This document shows positions 46,142 to 56,451 of a stretch of DNA of 64,000 nucleotides, one piece after another. The first letter of the stretch is position 1; every line of letters starts with the position of its first letter. The notes beneath the pieces were generated by a model, which saw only the letters and a program-made list of their open reading frames with translations, did no database searches and was not told the origin of the DNA. The stretch is from Polyangiaceae bacterium (GTDB lineage: Bacteria > Myxococcota_A > Polyangia > Polyangiales > Polyangiaceae), in assembly GCA_025937835.1 (NCBI GenBank), contig JAICQO010000013.1, positions 25,931-89,930 of the forward strand. The letters run 5' to 3'. The position numbers were made by a program, and so were the translations under genes.

Positions 46142-47346
46142 GGCTCACCCCCGAGCCGCTCCCGCAGCGTCGCGAGGTCCTTGTCGCCGCGCCCGGATAG
46201 GCACAGCAGGAGCCGCGCGGGGCGACCGAGGCGCTCGCGCTCGCGGCGCGCCACGTCGAGCACGCGGGCGAAGGCGTGCGCGGTCTCGAGCGCTATCAAG
46301 ATGCCCTCGGTGCGCGCGACCTCGCGCGTGATCTGCAGCGCGTCGTGGTCCGTGGCCGTGAGATAAACGGCGCGCCCGCTCCGGTGCAGGGCGGCGTGCT
46401 CGGGGCCGACGCCGGGATAGTCGAGGCCGGCGCTGATCGAGTGCGCCTCCTGGATCTGTCCGTCGTCGTCGGTCAGCACCAGCGTGCGCGCGCCGTGCAG
46501 GACGCCGACCCGGCCGCGGGTGATGGTCGCGGCGTGCTTGTCGGTGTCGACGCCTTCGCCGGCCGCCTCGATGCCATACAGGGGCACCGGATCGTCGAAG
46601 AAGGCGCGGAACGTGCCGATCGCATTCGAACCGCCGCCGACGCAAGCGAGCACGGCGTCCGGCAAAGCGTTGGTCTTTTCGAGGATCTGCCGGCGGGCCT
46701 CGATGCCGATCACGCTCTGCAGATCGGCAACGAGCGTGGGGAACGGGTGCGGCCCTGCCGCCGAGCCGACGCAGTAATGCGTGGTGCGCACGTTGGTCAC
46801 CCAATCGCGCATCGCCTCGTTCATCGCGTCCTTCAGCGTGCGCGAGCCGGAGCTCACCGGGATCACGCGCGTGCCGAGCATCTGCATGCGCGCGACGTTC
46901 GGCGCCTGGCGCGCGACATCTACCTCGCCCATGTAGACCTCGCAGGGCAGGCCGAATACCGCGCAGGCCGTGGCGGTCGCCACGCCGTGCTGGCCGGCGC
47001 CCGTCTCGGCGATGATCCGCTGCTTGCCGAGCTTCTTCGCGAGCAGCACCTGGCCGAGCGCGTTGTTGATCTTGTGCGCGCCCGTGTGACACAGGTCCTC
47101 GCGCTTCAGCCACAATTCGCCGAGGTTCTCGGCAGTGGGATCGAGCCGCTCCGCCAGGCGCTTGGCGCGATAGAGGGGCGTCGGACGGCCGACATAGTCG
47201 GCGAGCAAGCCGCGCCACTCGTTCTGGAAGCTCTCGGTGGGGACGATCTCTTGGACCGCGCGTTCCAGCTCCTCGAGCGCGAAGACCAGGGTTTCGGCGA
47301 CGAAGCGGCCGCCGAACTCACCGAAGTATGCGGACGATTGCGGCAT
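46138..47346 (-). CDS. trpB: Tryptophan synthase beta chain
   Basis: [58 protein letters not shown]. Confidence 0.97.
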   Translation of the reverse strand: MPQSSAYFGEFGGRFVAETLVFALEELERAVQEIVPTESFQNEWRGLLADYVGRPTPLYRAKRLAERLDPTAENLGELWLKREDLCHTGAHKINNALGQVLLAKKLGKQRIIAETGAGQHGVATATACAVFGLPCEVYMGEVDVARQAPNVARMQMLGTRVIPVSSGSRTLKDAMNEAMRDWVTNVRTTHYCVGSAAGPHPFPTLVADLQSVIGIEARRQILEKTNALPDAVLACVGGGSNAIGTFRAFFDDPVPLYGIEAAGEGVDTDKHAATITRGRVGVLHGARTLVLTDDDGQIQEAHSISAGLDYPGVGPEHAALHRSGRAVYLTATDHDALQITREVARTEGILIALETAHAFARVLDVARRERERLGRPARLLLCLSGRGDKDLATLRERLGGEP

Positions 47347-47368
47347 GTTTTTTTCCAGGTGCGTCGAA

Positions 47369-47881
47369 CTACTCCAGGGCTCGGGTGGTGTCGAGCGCGC
47401 CGCTCGAATCGCGGGGAACGAGCGCGCAATCGAGCGCGACGGCCGTGGCTCTCAAGGGGTCTTCCGCGTTTCCGGCCTCGCCCTCGAAGCGGTCGGCGAT
47501 GCGAAAACGCCCGCGCCCTGGCGCGGCCGGAATGCTGAGCTCGTGCATCACGCGGCCTCCGCTGCCGTCGCCGAGAGTGAGCGCGAAGACCCAGTTTTTG
47601 CCCTCGGCGCGGGCCTGGTCGAGCACGAGCGTGTCGTAGCCCGGGCGCTCTTCGACGAGCGCGTCCCTGCCGCTCCCGAGCCGCACGCGCGAGACGCGGC
47701 ACGGCGGCGCAGCGACCGGCTCTCCGCGAGCGTCGCGGCAATCGCTGACCGCGTACTCGGCGATCCGGTCGAGCGCATGCGGCGCGGCGGGCTCGGTGTG
47801 ACCGCCGTCGATGCCGGCGCTCGAGCAGCCGACGACCAGGAGCAACCCGGCTGCACGAACGAGCGCGGCGCGCCCGTTCAC
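47369..47881 (-). CDS. Hypothetical lipoprotein inside the trp operon
   Basis: GTG at 47881 overlapping the trpF stop (GTGA); lipobox VVGC. Confidence 0.55.
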   Translation of the reverse strand: MNGRAALVRAAGLLLVVGCSSAGIDGGHTEPAAPHALDRIAEYAVSDCRDARGEPVAAPPCRVSRVRLGSGRDALVEERPGYDTLVLDQARAEGKNWVFALTLGDGSGGRVMHELSIPAAPGRGRFRIADRFEGEAGNAEDPLRATAVALDCALVPRDSSGALDTTRALE

Positions 47882-48495
47882 GTTGTCGCCGCGCCTCGGG
47901 CTCTGGCTACGAACTCGGCCATCTTCGCCGGATCCTTGAGCCCGGGTGTGCCGAGCTCGACGCCGCTCGCCACGTCGACGCCGAACGGCGACACCTCGCG
48001 GATCGCTGCCGCGACGTTGTCCGGGTTCAGGCCGCCCGCGAGGATCAACGGCCGCTCGCGCGACAGCTCGCGCACGAGCGACCAATCGAACGCCTGTCCG
48101 GTGCCGCCGCGAGCGGGGCCAGCCTTCTTGTCGACCAGCAGCCGTACGCCGGGGTAGGCGACGGCGAGCTCCACGTCTTCGGGGCCGTCGATGCCGACCG
48201 CCTTGTAAGAGCGGGGGACCTGGGCGAGCGCTTCCGGCGACTCGCTGCCGTGAAATTGGAGCCAATCGAGGCCCACGCTCGCGCGTAGCGCTTCGAGCTC
48301 GGAGGGAGCAAGGTCCGCGACCACGCCCACCAGCTCGAGCTTGCCGCGAACCGCGTCGGCCACGGCGCGAGCGCGCTCCGGCGGCAGGTAGCGTTTCGAC
48401 GTCGGGATGAAGTTCAAGCCGAGCGCGTCTGCGCCCGCTTCCAGAGCAGCGAGCGCGTCACGCGTCGAGGTGATGCCGCAGACCTTGATCCACAC
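47878..48495 (-). CDS. trpF: Phosphoribosylanthranilate isomerase
   Basis: IKVCGIT, QFHGSE, GGTGQAFDW, ILAGGLNPDNV, GVDVASGVE. Confidence 0.95.
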   Translation of the reverse strand: MWIKVCGITSTRDALAALEAGADALGLNFIPTSKRYLPPERARAVADAVRGKLELVGVVADLAPSELEALRASVGLDWLQFHGSESPEALAQVPRSYKAVGIDGPEDVELAVAYPGVRLLVDKKAGPARGGTGQAFDWSLVRELSRERPLILAGGLNPDNVAAAIREVSPFGVDVASGVELGTPGLKDPAKMAEFVARARGAATT

Positions 48496-48541
48496 GAGAA
48501 GGCGAGGATCTAGCCCGCGAAACCCAGGGCCGCCAGCTCGA

Positions 48542-48919
48542 CTACTCGATCCGGAGCAGCTCTTTGACCGTCGAAATCACCTGGGGAGCCTGGATCGGCT
48601 TGGTGATGTAGGCGTTCGCGCCGAGCTGTAGCGCGCGCTGCCGATCTTCCTGGGAGCCTTCGGTGGTGATGATCACGATCGGGGTCTCCTTGTGAACCGG
48701 ATCGCTGCGCACGCGCTTCACCAACTTCAGGCCGTCCATGATCGGCATGTTGATATCGGTGACGATGATGTCGTAGCGCGCAGAAGCCAGCTTCCGCAGC
48801 GCGTCCACCCCGTCATCGGCCTCCGTGACCCGCAGGCTCTTGACGCGCGACAGCGCGAACACCAAGAGCTGGCGCATCATCGGAGAGTCTTCGACCACCA
48901 AACAAGAGTATTCCGCCAT
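48542..48919 (-). CDS. Single-domain CheY-like response regulator
   Basis: VVEDS, phospho-Asp in VTDINMP, IITT, YITKP. Confidence 0.9.
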   Translation of the reverse strand: MAEYSCLVVEDSPMMRQLLVFALSRVKSLRVTEADDGVDALRKLASARYDIIVTDINMPIMDGLKLVKRVRSDPVHKETPIVIITTEGSQEDRQRALQLGANAYITKPIQAPQVISTVKELLRIE

Positions 48920-48922
48920 CCC

Positions 48923-49765
48923 TCACACACTCAAATCCAAGAACGCCTCTAACCCCGGGAGCTTGTGCTCCGCCCGCATGAACAGACTGGCTCCGACCAG
49001 CGCCACCGCCGCCTGGCGTCCGAGCAGCCGAAACAACTCGAAATCTACCGTGCTGAAGCGCGGCTTTTGCGCCAGCGTCGAGAAGATCGCGATCACGCCC
49101 ACGTAACGCTCGTCGATCTCGAGCGGCAAGACCGCGGCGGGCCGCTCGGGCGAGCCGTGGTTGCTGTTGGTCTCTTCGTTGACGCGCGCCTCGCCGCTTT
49201 CGAACACCTTGCCGAGCTCGCTGCCCGCCACGCGCACCGGTCCGAGCTTGCCGCCGGGCACGCCCTCGGAAGCGATCGGCACGAGCTCGGTGCCGTCGGC
49301 GTTGACGAGGTACATGGCGTAGGCTTCCGCGCCCACGAGCTGCGCCAGAATCTCCTTGATCCTGCGGGTGACCGCGCGCGGCGACAAACTCGAAGAAAGC
49401 TGGCTGCTCGCGACGAACAGGTTCGCGAGGTTCGAAAACTCGTGCTCCGCCTCGCTCATGCGCGAGCTGACGTTGCTCTGGAGCGCCTCGGCGCGGTTGA
49501 AGCGCGACACGAGCTCGGCTTTCTCGAGCTCGAGCGTCTCGATCTTCTTCAACAGGTCGCGAACCGCGTGGTCCGCTTCGATCGTGGCGCGGAGCTTGGC
49601 ATTTTCGCCTTCGAGGCTCCTGACCCGCTGCTCGAGCGCCTCGTAGTCCTGGAGCAGCTCGCGAGCGAAGCTCGAGCCGCGCGTGAAGCGCTGGAGCACC
49701 TCGTCGCGTTCGCTGCGGAGGTCTCTGCCCGGCTCGTCGGTTTTTTCCCGCGGGTCATTCGCCAT
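48923..49765 (-). CDS. Coiled-coil + GAF domain protein
   Basis: Heptad region EALEQRVRSLEGENAKL; GAF IKEILAQLVGAE...AVLPL...VGVIAIF...FELFRLLGRQAAVAL. Confidence 0.78.
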   Translation of the reverse strand: MANDPREKTDEPGRDLRSERDEVLQRFTRGSSFARELLQDYEALEQRVRSLEGENAKLRATIEADHAVRDLLKKIETLELEKAELVSRFNRAEALQSNVSSRMSEAEHEFSNLANLFVASSQLSSSLSPRAVTRRIKEILAQLVGAEAYAMYLVNADGTELVPIASEGVPGGKLGPVRVAGSELGKVFESGEARVNEETNSNHGSPERPAAVLPLEIDERYVGVIAIFSTLAQKPRFSTVDFELFRLLGRQAAVALVGASLFMRAEHKLPGLEAFLDLSV

Positions 49766-50008
49766 CGGTCACAACCCGGTCGAGCCTATCATCGTCCACG
49801 CCGCTACGTTCAGGGTTGTGCGTGCTTCCGAGCATCGGTCGCGGTCGCGCGCGGTCGCGCGGTCGCTTCCCCACCTTGGCGCACCGCCTGCGCCCCAGCG
49901 GTTCGAGCGGGCGAAACCGGGCCGTTCGGCCGAGGCCACCGGGGGAGCCGCGCTGGAAGTGCTGAGCGCTCGGCCAGGCCAAATGGATCTGTTAGGCTTC
50001 CGAGCACC

Positions 50009-50341
50009 GTGAACGCCTCGCGATCTGTCGAGCCCAAAGACGTGGACGACCTACTCGGCGCGCGGGACCTGGACGGAGCACGGGAGGCGCTTGCCGCCAC
50101 CGACGCCTCCGACCGGCGTTTCGACGTGCTCCGGATCAAGCTCGCTCTCTACGACGGCAGCATGCCGCCCGGGGCGGCGATGCAAGAGCTGATCAAGATC
50201 ATGCGCCGCGACGAGGACTTCCCCGGCGCGCGCGAGCTCTACCAGGAAGCGTCGAACTCCGCGTACACGGCGGGCCAGTCGAACGTCGCCCACTCGCATC
50301 CTCCTCCGCCCGTGCGGCGCAACCCCGACGATGAGGGCTAG
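50009..50341 (+). CDS. Small helical hypothetical protein
   Basis: C-terminal part of ORF 48965..50341 reads like real protein (VDDLLGARDLDGAREAL...); GTG 50009 inferred. Confidence 0.5.
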   Translation: MNASRSVEPKDVDDLLGARDLDGAREALAATDASDRRFDVLRIKLALYDGSMPPGAAMQELIKIMRRDEDFPGARELYQEASNSAYTAGQSNVAHSHPPPPVRRNPDDEG

Positions 50342-50360
50342 TTTGTCGCGCTCGTAAGCC

Positions 50361-51404
50361 CTAACGCCGCACTTCGATGCGCTCGAGGTGGAGGATCGAG
50401 CGGCGAGGGACGGTGAGGCGTAGGTAGCGCGAGGTCTGGCTCTTGAAGCGGGCGTGCCAGACGTCGAACGGCTCTTCGCGGCGAGCGATCTGTACCAGAT
50501 GCTCTGGATCGGGGCCGGCCTCGAGCATCAGCGGGGTCGCGCGCTCCTGACAGCAGTCGCTGCGGTTGTGAACGACTACCTCCGAGAACGTGACTGGTTC
50601 CCCGAGATCGATCTCCACCCAGGGCTTTTCCTGATCATTGGTGTGGAAGAAGATCGTCGTGTTCGCGCCGCCGCAGCTGTTCGCCTCCGGGTTGCACCGG
50701 AACATGCTCGAGCTCGCCTTCCAGGGCTTTCCGAGCGCGTAGTCCGGGCCTCGGATCACGAGCGACAGTTGGTACAAGAGGAACGAGAACACCATCGCGC
50801 CGAGGATAGTGAGGCCAACGCGGACGCTCGAGCCCCAGCGCGCGATGCGGTCGGGCGCGGTGACGCGTTCGAGCAGGGCTCGGCTGGTCTCGCCGAGCGT
50901 GCGCACGACCTTCTCTTGCTCCGGGTGCGGGCGGCGGGCCCACGAGGCCTGCGTCTCTTCGAGCACGATTTCGACGACGTCGCGCGCCTCGGTCGTGGTC
51001 GCGGCTTCGAGCAGCGCGCGGCTCTCCGCCGCCGACAGCACTTCCCTCGGTGACGGCGCCGCTTCTCCCGGAATGCTCGCGGACAGCGCCCAGAAGATCG
51101 CGTCGCGGTAGAGACCGATTGCCAGCGGGACGGTGGTGCCCGGTGGCAGCGGCTCGCGCGCGTCGAGCGTCGAGTCGGCCAGATCGCGCGCGGCTTGCGA
51201 CAGTGCCAGGTCCTGGATCTGGCGCTGGCTCCGGCGCTGCACCTCGCTCCGCGCCGCGCGCACGCGCTCGACGCTCAGGCGCTCGCGAAACTCCGCCCAG
51301 CCCGAGGCCGGCTGGGGCGCTGGGGGCGGCGGGGGCCCGGGCGGGGGCGGGGGCGGCGCTGCGGCGGCTTCGGGGTGCGGGGCGGGGCTCTCGATCTCGC
51401 TCAC
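50361..51404 (-). CDS. Bitopic membrane protein with discoidin (F5/8 type C) domain
   Basis: TM VGLTILGAMVFSFLLY; FHTNDQEKPWVEIDLG...VHNRSDCCQER...RYLRL. Confidence 0.75.
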   Translation of the reverse strand: MSEIESPAPHPEAAAAPPPPPPGPPPPPAPQPASGWAEFRERLSVERVRAARSEVQRRSQRQIQDLALSQAARDLADSTLDAREPLPPGTTVPLAIGLYRDAIFWALSASIPGEAAPSPREVLSAAESRALLEAATTTEARDVVEIVLEETQASWARRPHPEQEKVVRTLGETSRALLERVTAPDRIARWGSSVRVGLTILGAMVFSFLLYQLSLVIRGPDYALGKPWKASSSMFRCNPEANSCGGANTTIFFHTNDQEKPWVEIDLGEPVTFSEVVVHNRSDCCQERATPLMLEAGPDPEHLVQIARREEPFDVWHARFKSQTSRYLRLTVPRRSILHLERIEVRR

Positions 51405-51423
51405 GGGTACCTTCCCAGAATAC

Positions 51424-52497
51424 TCACGGGCCGCGGCTCGCGGAAAGCCCGCCGAGCTGGCTCAGCCAATCCTTCAGCGGCCCGAGCACCACGCGCGGCG
51501 CTTCGCGGAGCGCGCACAGCGAGCCGGCTCCGACCAGCAGCATGGCCATCCGCAGCTCCTCCTCGATCCGGCTCAAGAACTCGACGGCGCCGGCGCGGCC
51601 GCCCGCTTCCAGCGCTTGCAGGGTGGGCCGCGCGATCCCGGCGGCGCTGGCGCCGAGCGCGATCGCCTTGGCCGCGTCGAGGCCGGACTGGATGCCTCCG
51701 GTCGCGAAAATCGTCTCGAGACCCGCGCTCGCCATGAAGGCCACGCTCGCCGCCGTTGGGATACCCCACTCGCGGAAGGTCTGACCGAGCTCGCGCCTCC
51801 GGGGGCTGGCGCGCTCGATTTCGACCGCGACCCACGAGGTGCCGCCAGCGCCCGAGACGTCCACGTGTCGCACGCCGAGCGCTCGCAAACGCCGGCCCAC
51901 GCTCGGCGACAGGCCGCAGCCGGTCTCTTTGGCGATCACCGGCACGCCGAGCTCGTTCACGAGCCGCGCGAGCGTCTCCAGGCCGCGCCGGAAGTCTCGA
52001 TCGCCGTCGTCCTGGACCAGCTCCATGGCCGGGTTCAGGTGCACGCAGAGCGCGTCGGCGCCGACTTCTGCCACGAGCTCGGCGATTTCGCGGGTCGCGA
52101 GCGCGCTGGCCTGGACGATGCCGAGGTTTCCGAGCACGAGCGCGTTCGGCGCCTCGGAGCGGATCTTGTAGCTCGCCCGCGTCTGGGGCCGGGTCAGCAT
52201 CGCGCGCTGGCTGCCGAGGCCGAAGGCGAGGCCGCGCTCTTCGGCGATCGAGGCAAGCTCGCGGTTGATGCGCTCGGCGCGCTCGTGGCCGCCGGTCATG
52301 GCGGCGATCAGGATCGGCGCCTTGAGCTTCTTTCCGAACAGCTCGACCCCCGTGTCGAGCTCCGGGAAGGACAGCTCGGGCAGCGCGTCGTGCACGAGCT
52401 CCACGCACTCGAGCAGCGTCGAGTTCTTCCGGAATCCCACGTCGCCTCGCGTCGTGAGATCGAGGTGGTCGGCCTTTCTCTGCGTGATGTCGGACAT
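51424..52497 (-). CDS. fni: Type 2 isopentenyl-diphosphate delta-isomerase
   Basis: RKADH, AMTGG, GSQR, HLNPAME, KETGCG, DVSGAGGTSW. Confidence 0.95.
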   Translation of the reverse strand: MSDITQRKADHLDLTTRGDVGFRKNSTLLECVELVHDALPELSFPELDTGVELFGKKLKAPILIAAMTGGHERAERINRELASIAEERGLAFGLGSQRAMLTRPQTRASYKIRSEAPNALVLGNLGIVQASALATREIAELVAEVGADALCVHLNPAMELVQDDGDRDFRRGLETLARLVNELGVPVIAKETGCGLSPSVGRRLRALGVRHVDVSGAGGTSWVAVEIERASPRRRELGQTFREWGIPTAASVAFMASAGLETIFATGGIQSGLDAAKAIALGASAAGIARPTLQALEAGGRAGAVEFLSRIEEELRMAMLLVGAGSLCALREAPRVVLGPLKDWLSQLGGLSASRGP

Positions 52498-52577
52498 TCC
52501 GGAAGCACGGCGTCTCGAGGCCGGTCCGGGAGCATAGCCGCCGCCCGGGGCCGGAGCTAGGCTCGCCCCCGACCAAG

Positions 52578-53666
52578 ATGCCGAGCACCGTGAAGCGCCG
52601 CCGTGAACCCGTGAGCCGAAAGCAGGTGACGCCGGAAAATCCGTTTCTGTCGTTACTTTCGGAGGTGCAGCGCGAGGTGACGGGGCGGCTCGAGCGCTTG
52701 CTCGAGGCTCGGCGAAAGCACGCGCTCGAGGTCGATCCCGAGCTCGAGTGGATGATCGGCGGCGTTTCGGATCTGTGCCGCCGCGGGGGCAAGCGCCTGC
52801 GCGCGGCGCTGATCGTCGCCGGCTGTCGCGCGGCCGCGGCGCGCTACGACACCGAAGCGGCTTATCGAGCGGGTGTCGCCGTCGAGCTCTTGCAAGCGTA
52901 CTTCTTGATCCACGACGACTGGATGGATTGCGATCCGGTGCGCCGCGGCGGTCCGTCGTTGCACGCGCTGTTCGGAGAGCGACTCGGCGAGCCGCACCGC
53001 GGCGCCGTGGCCGCCGTGCTCGCGGGGGACTACGCCGCCGCGCTCGCGCTCGAGACGCTGGTCGGGGCGGGCTTGCCGAAGGCGTCGCTCGAGGCCGTCG
53101 TGGCTCGCTTCGCCCGCATGCAGCACGACGCCGTGCTCGGGCAACAGCTCGACTCCTTCGGCGAGAGCGCCGAGCCCGAGGCGGTCTACGCGCTCAAGAC
53201 CGGCAGCTACACCGTGGCCGGTCCGCTCGCGCTCGGGGCGACGATCGCCTCAGCCAGGCCCGAGACGCTGAAGGCGCTCGAGCGCTTCGCGGCGCCCGTC
53301 GGGATCGCCTTCCAGCTCCGGGACGATCTGCTCGGGGCGTTCGGGGAGCCGGCGAAGACGGGTAAGCCGCTCGGCAGCGATCTGCGCGCGGGCAAGCGGA
53401 CGCGGCTCTTGCTCGAAGCGCGGCGGCTGCTCAAGCCACGCGAGCGCGCCGCGCTGGAACGGGTGGTCGGCAACGAGAAAGCGCGCGAGCTCGAGGTGCG
53501 CCGCGCCCTCGGGTTGATCGAGTCCTCGGGCGCTCGCGCCCGGGTGGAGGCGCAGATCGTCGAGCTTGCCGCGCTCGGGCGCTCGGCGCTCGGCCGCGGG
53601 GTATCGGCGGACGGTGCGGCGTTGCTGTCGGGCGCGGTCGACGCGCTGACGGAGCGCGTTCAATAA
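52578..53666 (+). CDS. Short-chain polyprenyl diphosphate synthase (FPP/GGPP)
   Basis: GGKRLR, FARM YFLIHDDWMD...RRG, LKTGSYT, AFQLRDD. Confidence 0.88.
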   Translation: MPSTVKRRREPVSRKQVTPENPFLSLLSEVQREVTGRLERLLEARRKHALEVDPELEWMIGGVSDLCRRGGKRLRAALIVAGCRAAAARYDTEAAYRAGVAVELLQAYFLIHDDWMDCDPVRRGGPSLHALFGERLGEPHRGAVAAVLAGDYAAALALETLVGAGLPKASLEAVVARFARMQHDAVLGQQLDSFGESAEPEAVYALKTGSYTVAGPLALGATIASARPETLKALERFAAPVGIAFQLRDDLLGAFGEPAKTGKPLGSDLRAGKRTRLLLEARRLLKPRERAALERVVGNEKARELEVRRALGLIESSGARARVEAQIVELAALGRSALGRGVSADGAALLSGAVDALTERVQ

Positions 53667-53686
53667 TACCCAAGGGTTAGAACGGC

Positions 53687-54589
53687 ATGGCCCGGGCGCA
53701 CGGAAAGTTGATCCTGCTAGGCGAGCACGCGGTCGTCTACGGCGTACCGGCGATCGCGGTCGGGATCTCGGCCGGGGTGACGGCCCGCGCGGAGCCGGCC
53801 GAGGCTTCCACGCTGTCGCTCGGCGAGCTCCGCGCCTCGGCCTCGGACGACAGCGAGCTCGGGCGCGCGTTCTCGGCGCTGCTCTCCGCGCTGCCCGCGC
53901 CGCCCGTCCGCGTCGAGGTGACCCTGGGCATGCCGGTCGGCTCCGGCCTCGGCGCTTCGGCGGCGATCGGCGTCGCCATTGCCAAGAGCGTGCTCGAGAG
54001 CTTCGGAGAGCCGCCGCTCGAAGCTCGAGTGCTCGAGGCCGCGGGGGCGTGGGAGAACGTGTTCCACGGCCGGGCTTCGGGCATCGACGCGGCGGCCGCC
54101 TTTCACGGCGGTTGCTTGTGGTTCGAAAAGGGCGCGGGCGCGCGGCCTCTCCCGCTCGGCGCCGACCTGTCGCTGTGCGTGGCGCTCGCCGGGCCGCCGG
54201 CCTCGACGAAGCTGATGGTGGAGAGCGTCGCCAGGCTGCGGGCGCGCCGGCCCGAGCTCGTGGAGAAATCGCTCGCCGGCATCCGCTCGCTGGTCGAGAA
54301 CGCGCGGCTTGCGCTCGCGGCGGGCGATCTCCACTCGCTCGGGAAGCTCATGGATCTAAACCAGATGATCTTGTCAGGCCTGTTCGTGTCCACCGATGCG
54401 ATCGAGTCGGCGTGCGAGGCGGCGCGCAGCGCCGGAGCGCTCGGGGCGAAGCTCACCGGCGCGGGCGGCGGGGGCGCCGTGGTGGCGCTGGTCGAGGACC
54501 GTCCGGAGGCCGTGCTCGAGGCCTTCCGCGCGCTCGGGCTCGAGTGCTTCCCCACCAGCGTCTCGCGCCATCCGGCGGTGGAAGCGTGA
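53687..54589 (+). CDS. mvk: Mevalonate kinase
   Basis: GKLILLGEHAVVYG, PVGSGLGASAA, HGRASGID, KLTGAGGGG. Confidence 0.93.
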   Translation: MARAHGKLILLGEHAVVYGVPAIAVGISAGVTARAEPAEASTLSLGELRASASDDSELGRAFSALLSALPAPPVRVEVTLGMPVGSGLGASAAIGVAIAKSVLESFGEPPLEARVLEAAGAWENVFHGRASGIDAAAAFHGGCLWFEKGAGARPLPLGADLSLCVALAGPPASTKLMVESVARLRARRPELVEKSLAGIRSLVENARLALAAGDLHSLGKLMDLNQMILSGLFVSTDAIESACEAARSAGALGAKLTGAGGGGAVVALVEDRPEAVLEAFRALGLECFPTSVSRHPAVEA

Positions 54590-55551
54590 GCTCTGCGACC
54601 GCGAGCGCGCGCTCCAACATCGCGCTCGTCAAATACTGGGGAAAATCTGGGAGCGGCGACAACCGCACGGCGGTCCCGAGCCTGTCGCTCACGCTCGCAG
54701 CGCTCACGACGCGCACGCGCGTGGAGCTCGACGCGGCGCTCGTCGAGGACGAGGTGGAGCTCGACGGCACTGCCGTGACCGGCAAGGCACGCGAGCGCGT
54801 GGTGCGCGTGCTGGACGAGCTCCGGACGCTCGGCGGCAAGCGCGAGCGCGCGCGCGTGCGTTCACACAACGATTTTCCGACGGCCTCGGGTCTCGCGTCG
54901 AGCGCCTCCGGCTTCGCAGCGCTGGTCGTGGCCGGCTCCGCGGCATACGGGCTCGGCCTGTCGAGCGCGGAGCAAAGCGCGCTGTCACGCCGCGCTTCGG
55001 CCTCTGCGGCGCGCTCGATCTTCGGTGGCTGGACCGAGCTGCTCGCCGAGGCCGAGTCGGCGAGTGAGCTCTTTCCGGCCGATCACCTCGACCTCAAGGT
55101 CGTGATCGCGCTCACCACGCTCGGGCCGAAGGCCGTCGGCTCCACCTCGGGCATGCTGCAGACGCAGGCCACGAGCCCGTACTACCCGGCCTGGGTGAGC
55201 GAGGCGCCGGCGCTGTTCGAGCGCGCCAAACGGGCGCTCGCCGAGCGCGATTTTCCAAGCCTGGGTCAGGCCATGGAAGAGAGCACGCTGATGATGCACG
55301 CCTCGATGCTCGCCGCGCGCCCCGCGCTCGTGTACCTGCGCGCCGCGACGCTCGACGTGCTCGAACGGGTGCGGCAGCTGCGCGCGGACGGCATCTCGGC
55401 CTACGCGACGATGGATGCGGGCCCGCACGTCAAGGTGTTCGTGCCGAGCCGCGAGGCGCCGAGCGTCGAGGCCGCGTTGCGCGGCACGACGGGCGTCGAG
55501 AAAGTGGTCGTGAGCGGGCCCGGCGGCGGCGCGCGCGTCGAAGCGGGCTAG
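54586..55551 (+). CDS. mvaD: Diphosphomevalonate decarboxylase
   Basis: SNIALVKYWGK, PTASGLASSASG, SASAARS, STSGM, DAGPHVK; GTG 54586 overlaps the mvk stop. Confidence 0.92.
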   Translation: MSSATASARSNIALVKYWGKSGSGDNRTAVPSLSLTLAALTTRTRVELDAALVEDEVELDGTAVTGKARERVVRVLDELRTLGGKRERARVRSHNDFPTASGLASSASGFAALVVAGSAAYGLGLSSAEQSALSRRASASAARSIFGGWTELLAEAESASELFPADHLDLKVVIALTTLGPKAVGSTSGMLQTQATSPYYPAWVSEAPALFERAKRALAERDFPSLGQAMEESTLMMHASMLAARPALVYLRAATLDVLERVRQLRADGISAYATMDAGPHVKVFVPSREAPSVEAALRGTTGVEKVVVSGPGGGARVEAG

Positions 55552-55555
55552 GGCC

Positions 55556-56440
55556 ATGCGCGCTCGAGCACCCGGTAAAATCGTGATCTCGGGCGCGTAC
55601 GCCGTGCTCGAAGGCGCGCCCGCCCTGGTGGCGGCGGTCGATCGCTACGCGCTGGCCGACACCGCGCTCGCCCCGAGCTTCGTGACCGAAGAGGTGAAGG
55701 CGGCGCTCGGTGAGGCGCCCGCGCCGTGGATCGATGCCTCCGCCCTGCGAGAGGGCGGGCGCAAGCTCGGCCTGGGCTCGAGCGCGGCGATCCTGGTGGC
55801 GAGCCTCGGTGCGCTGGAGCTCGCGCGCGAGCCCGCGCTCGAGCGCTCGGCGCTGATAGCGCGCGTGCTCTCACCGGCGCTCTCGGCGCACGCGCGCGCC
55901 CAGGGCGGGGGCAGCGGCATAGACGTCGCTGCCAGCGCTTTCGGCGGAGTGATCGCCGCGCGCCGCGTCTCGGGCGAGCTCGAGGTGTCGGAGGTGCGGC
56001 TGCCCGAGGCCGTGTCGATCGAGATCCTGGTCGCCCCCGAGTCGGCCTCCACGCGCGAGCTGATCCGGCGCGTGCGGGAGCTCGAGGCGCGTGATCCGGT
56101 CGCGTTCGACGCGCTGTTCGCGGCTCAGGTGGACGCCTCCGAGCGCGCCGCGAGCGCCGTCGGACGTGGCGACTCGAGGGCGTTGATCGATGCGCTCGCC
56201 GACCAGGAGCGCGCCCTCTCCGCGCTCGGCCGCGCCGCCGGCGCGAACATCGTGACCCCGGAGCTCGAGCGCCTCGCCGGGGCCGCTCGTGCCGTGGGCG
56301 CTGCGGCGCTGCCTGCCGGCGCGGGGGGCGGCGATATTGCCCTGTGGGTGAGTGAGGGGCTCCCGCCGCCCGCCGAGCTTTCGGGCTTCACGCACCTGCC
56401 GGCGGCGCTCGGCGTGCCGGGCGTCGGGCTCGTGGGCTAG
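55556..56440 (+). CDS. Phosphomevalonate kinase (GHMP family)
   Basis: APGKIVISGAYAVLE, KLGLGSSAA, QGGGSGIDVAAS, PAGAGGGD. Confidence 0.85.
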   Translation: MRARAPGKIVISGAYAVLEGAPALVAAVDRYALADTALAPSFVTEEVKAALGEAPAPWIDASALREGGRKLGLGSSAAILVASLGALELAREPALERSALIARVLSPALSAHARAQGGGSGIDVAASAFGGVIAARRVSGELEVSEVRLPEAVSIEILVAPESASTRELIRRVRELEARDPVAFDALFAAQVDASERAASAVGRGDSRALIDALADQERALSALGRAAGANIVTPELERLAGAARAVGAAALPAGAGGGDIALWVSEGLPPPAELSGFTHLPAALGVPGVGLVG

Positions 56441-56451
56441 CCTTCCGCCCG

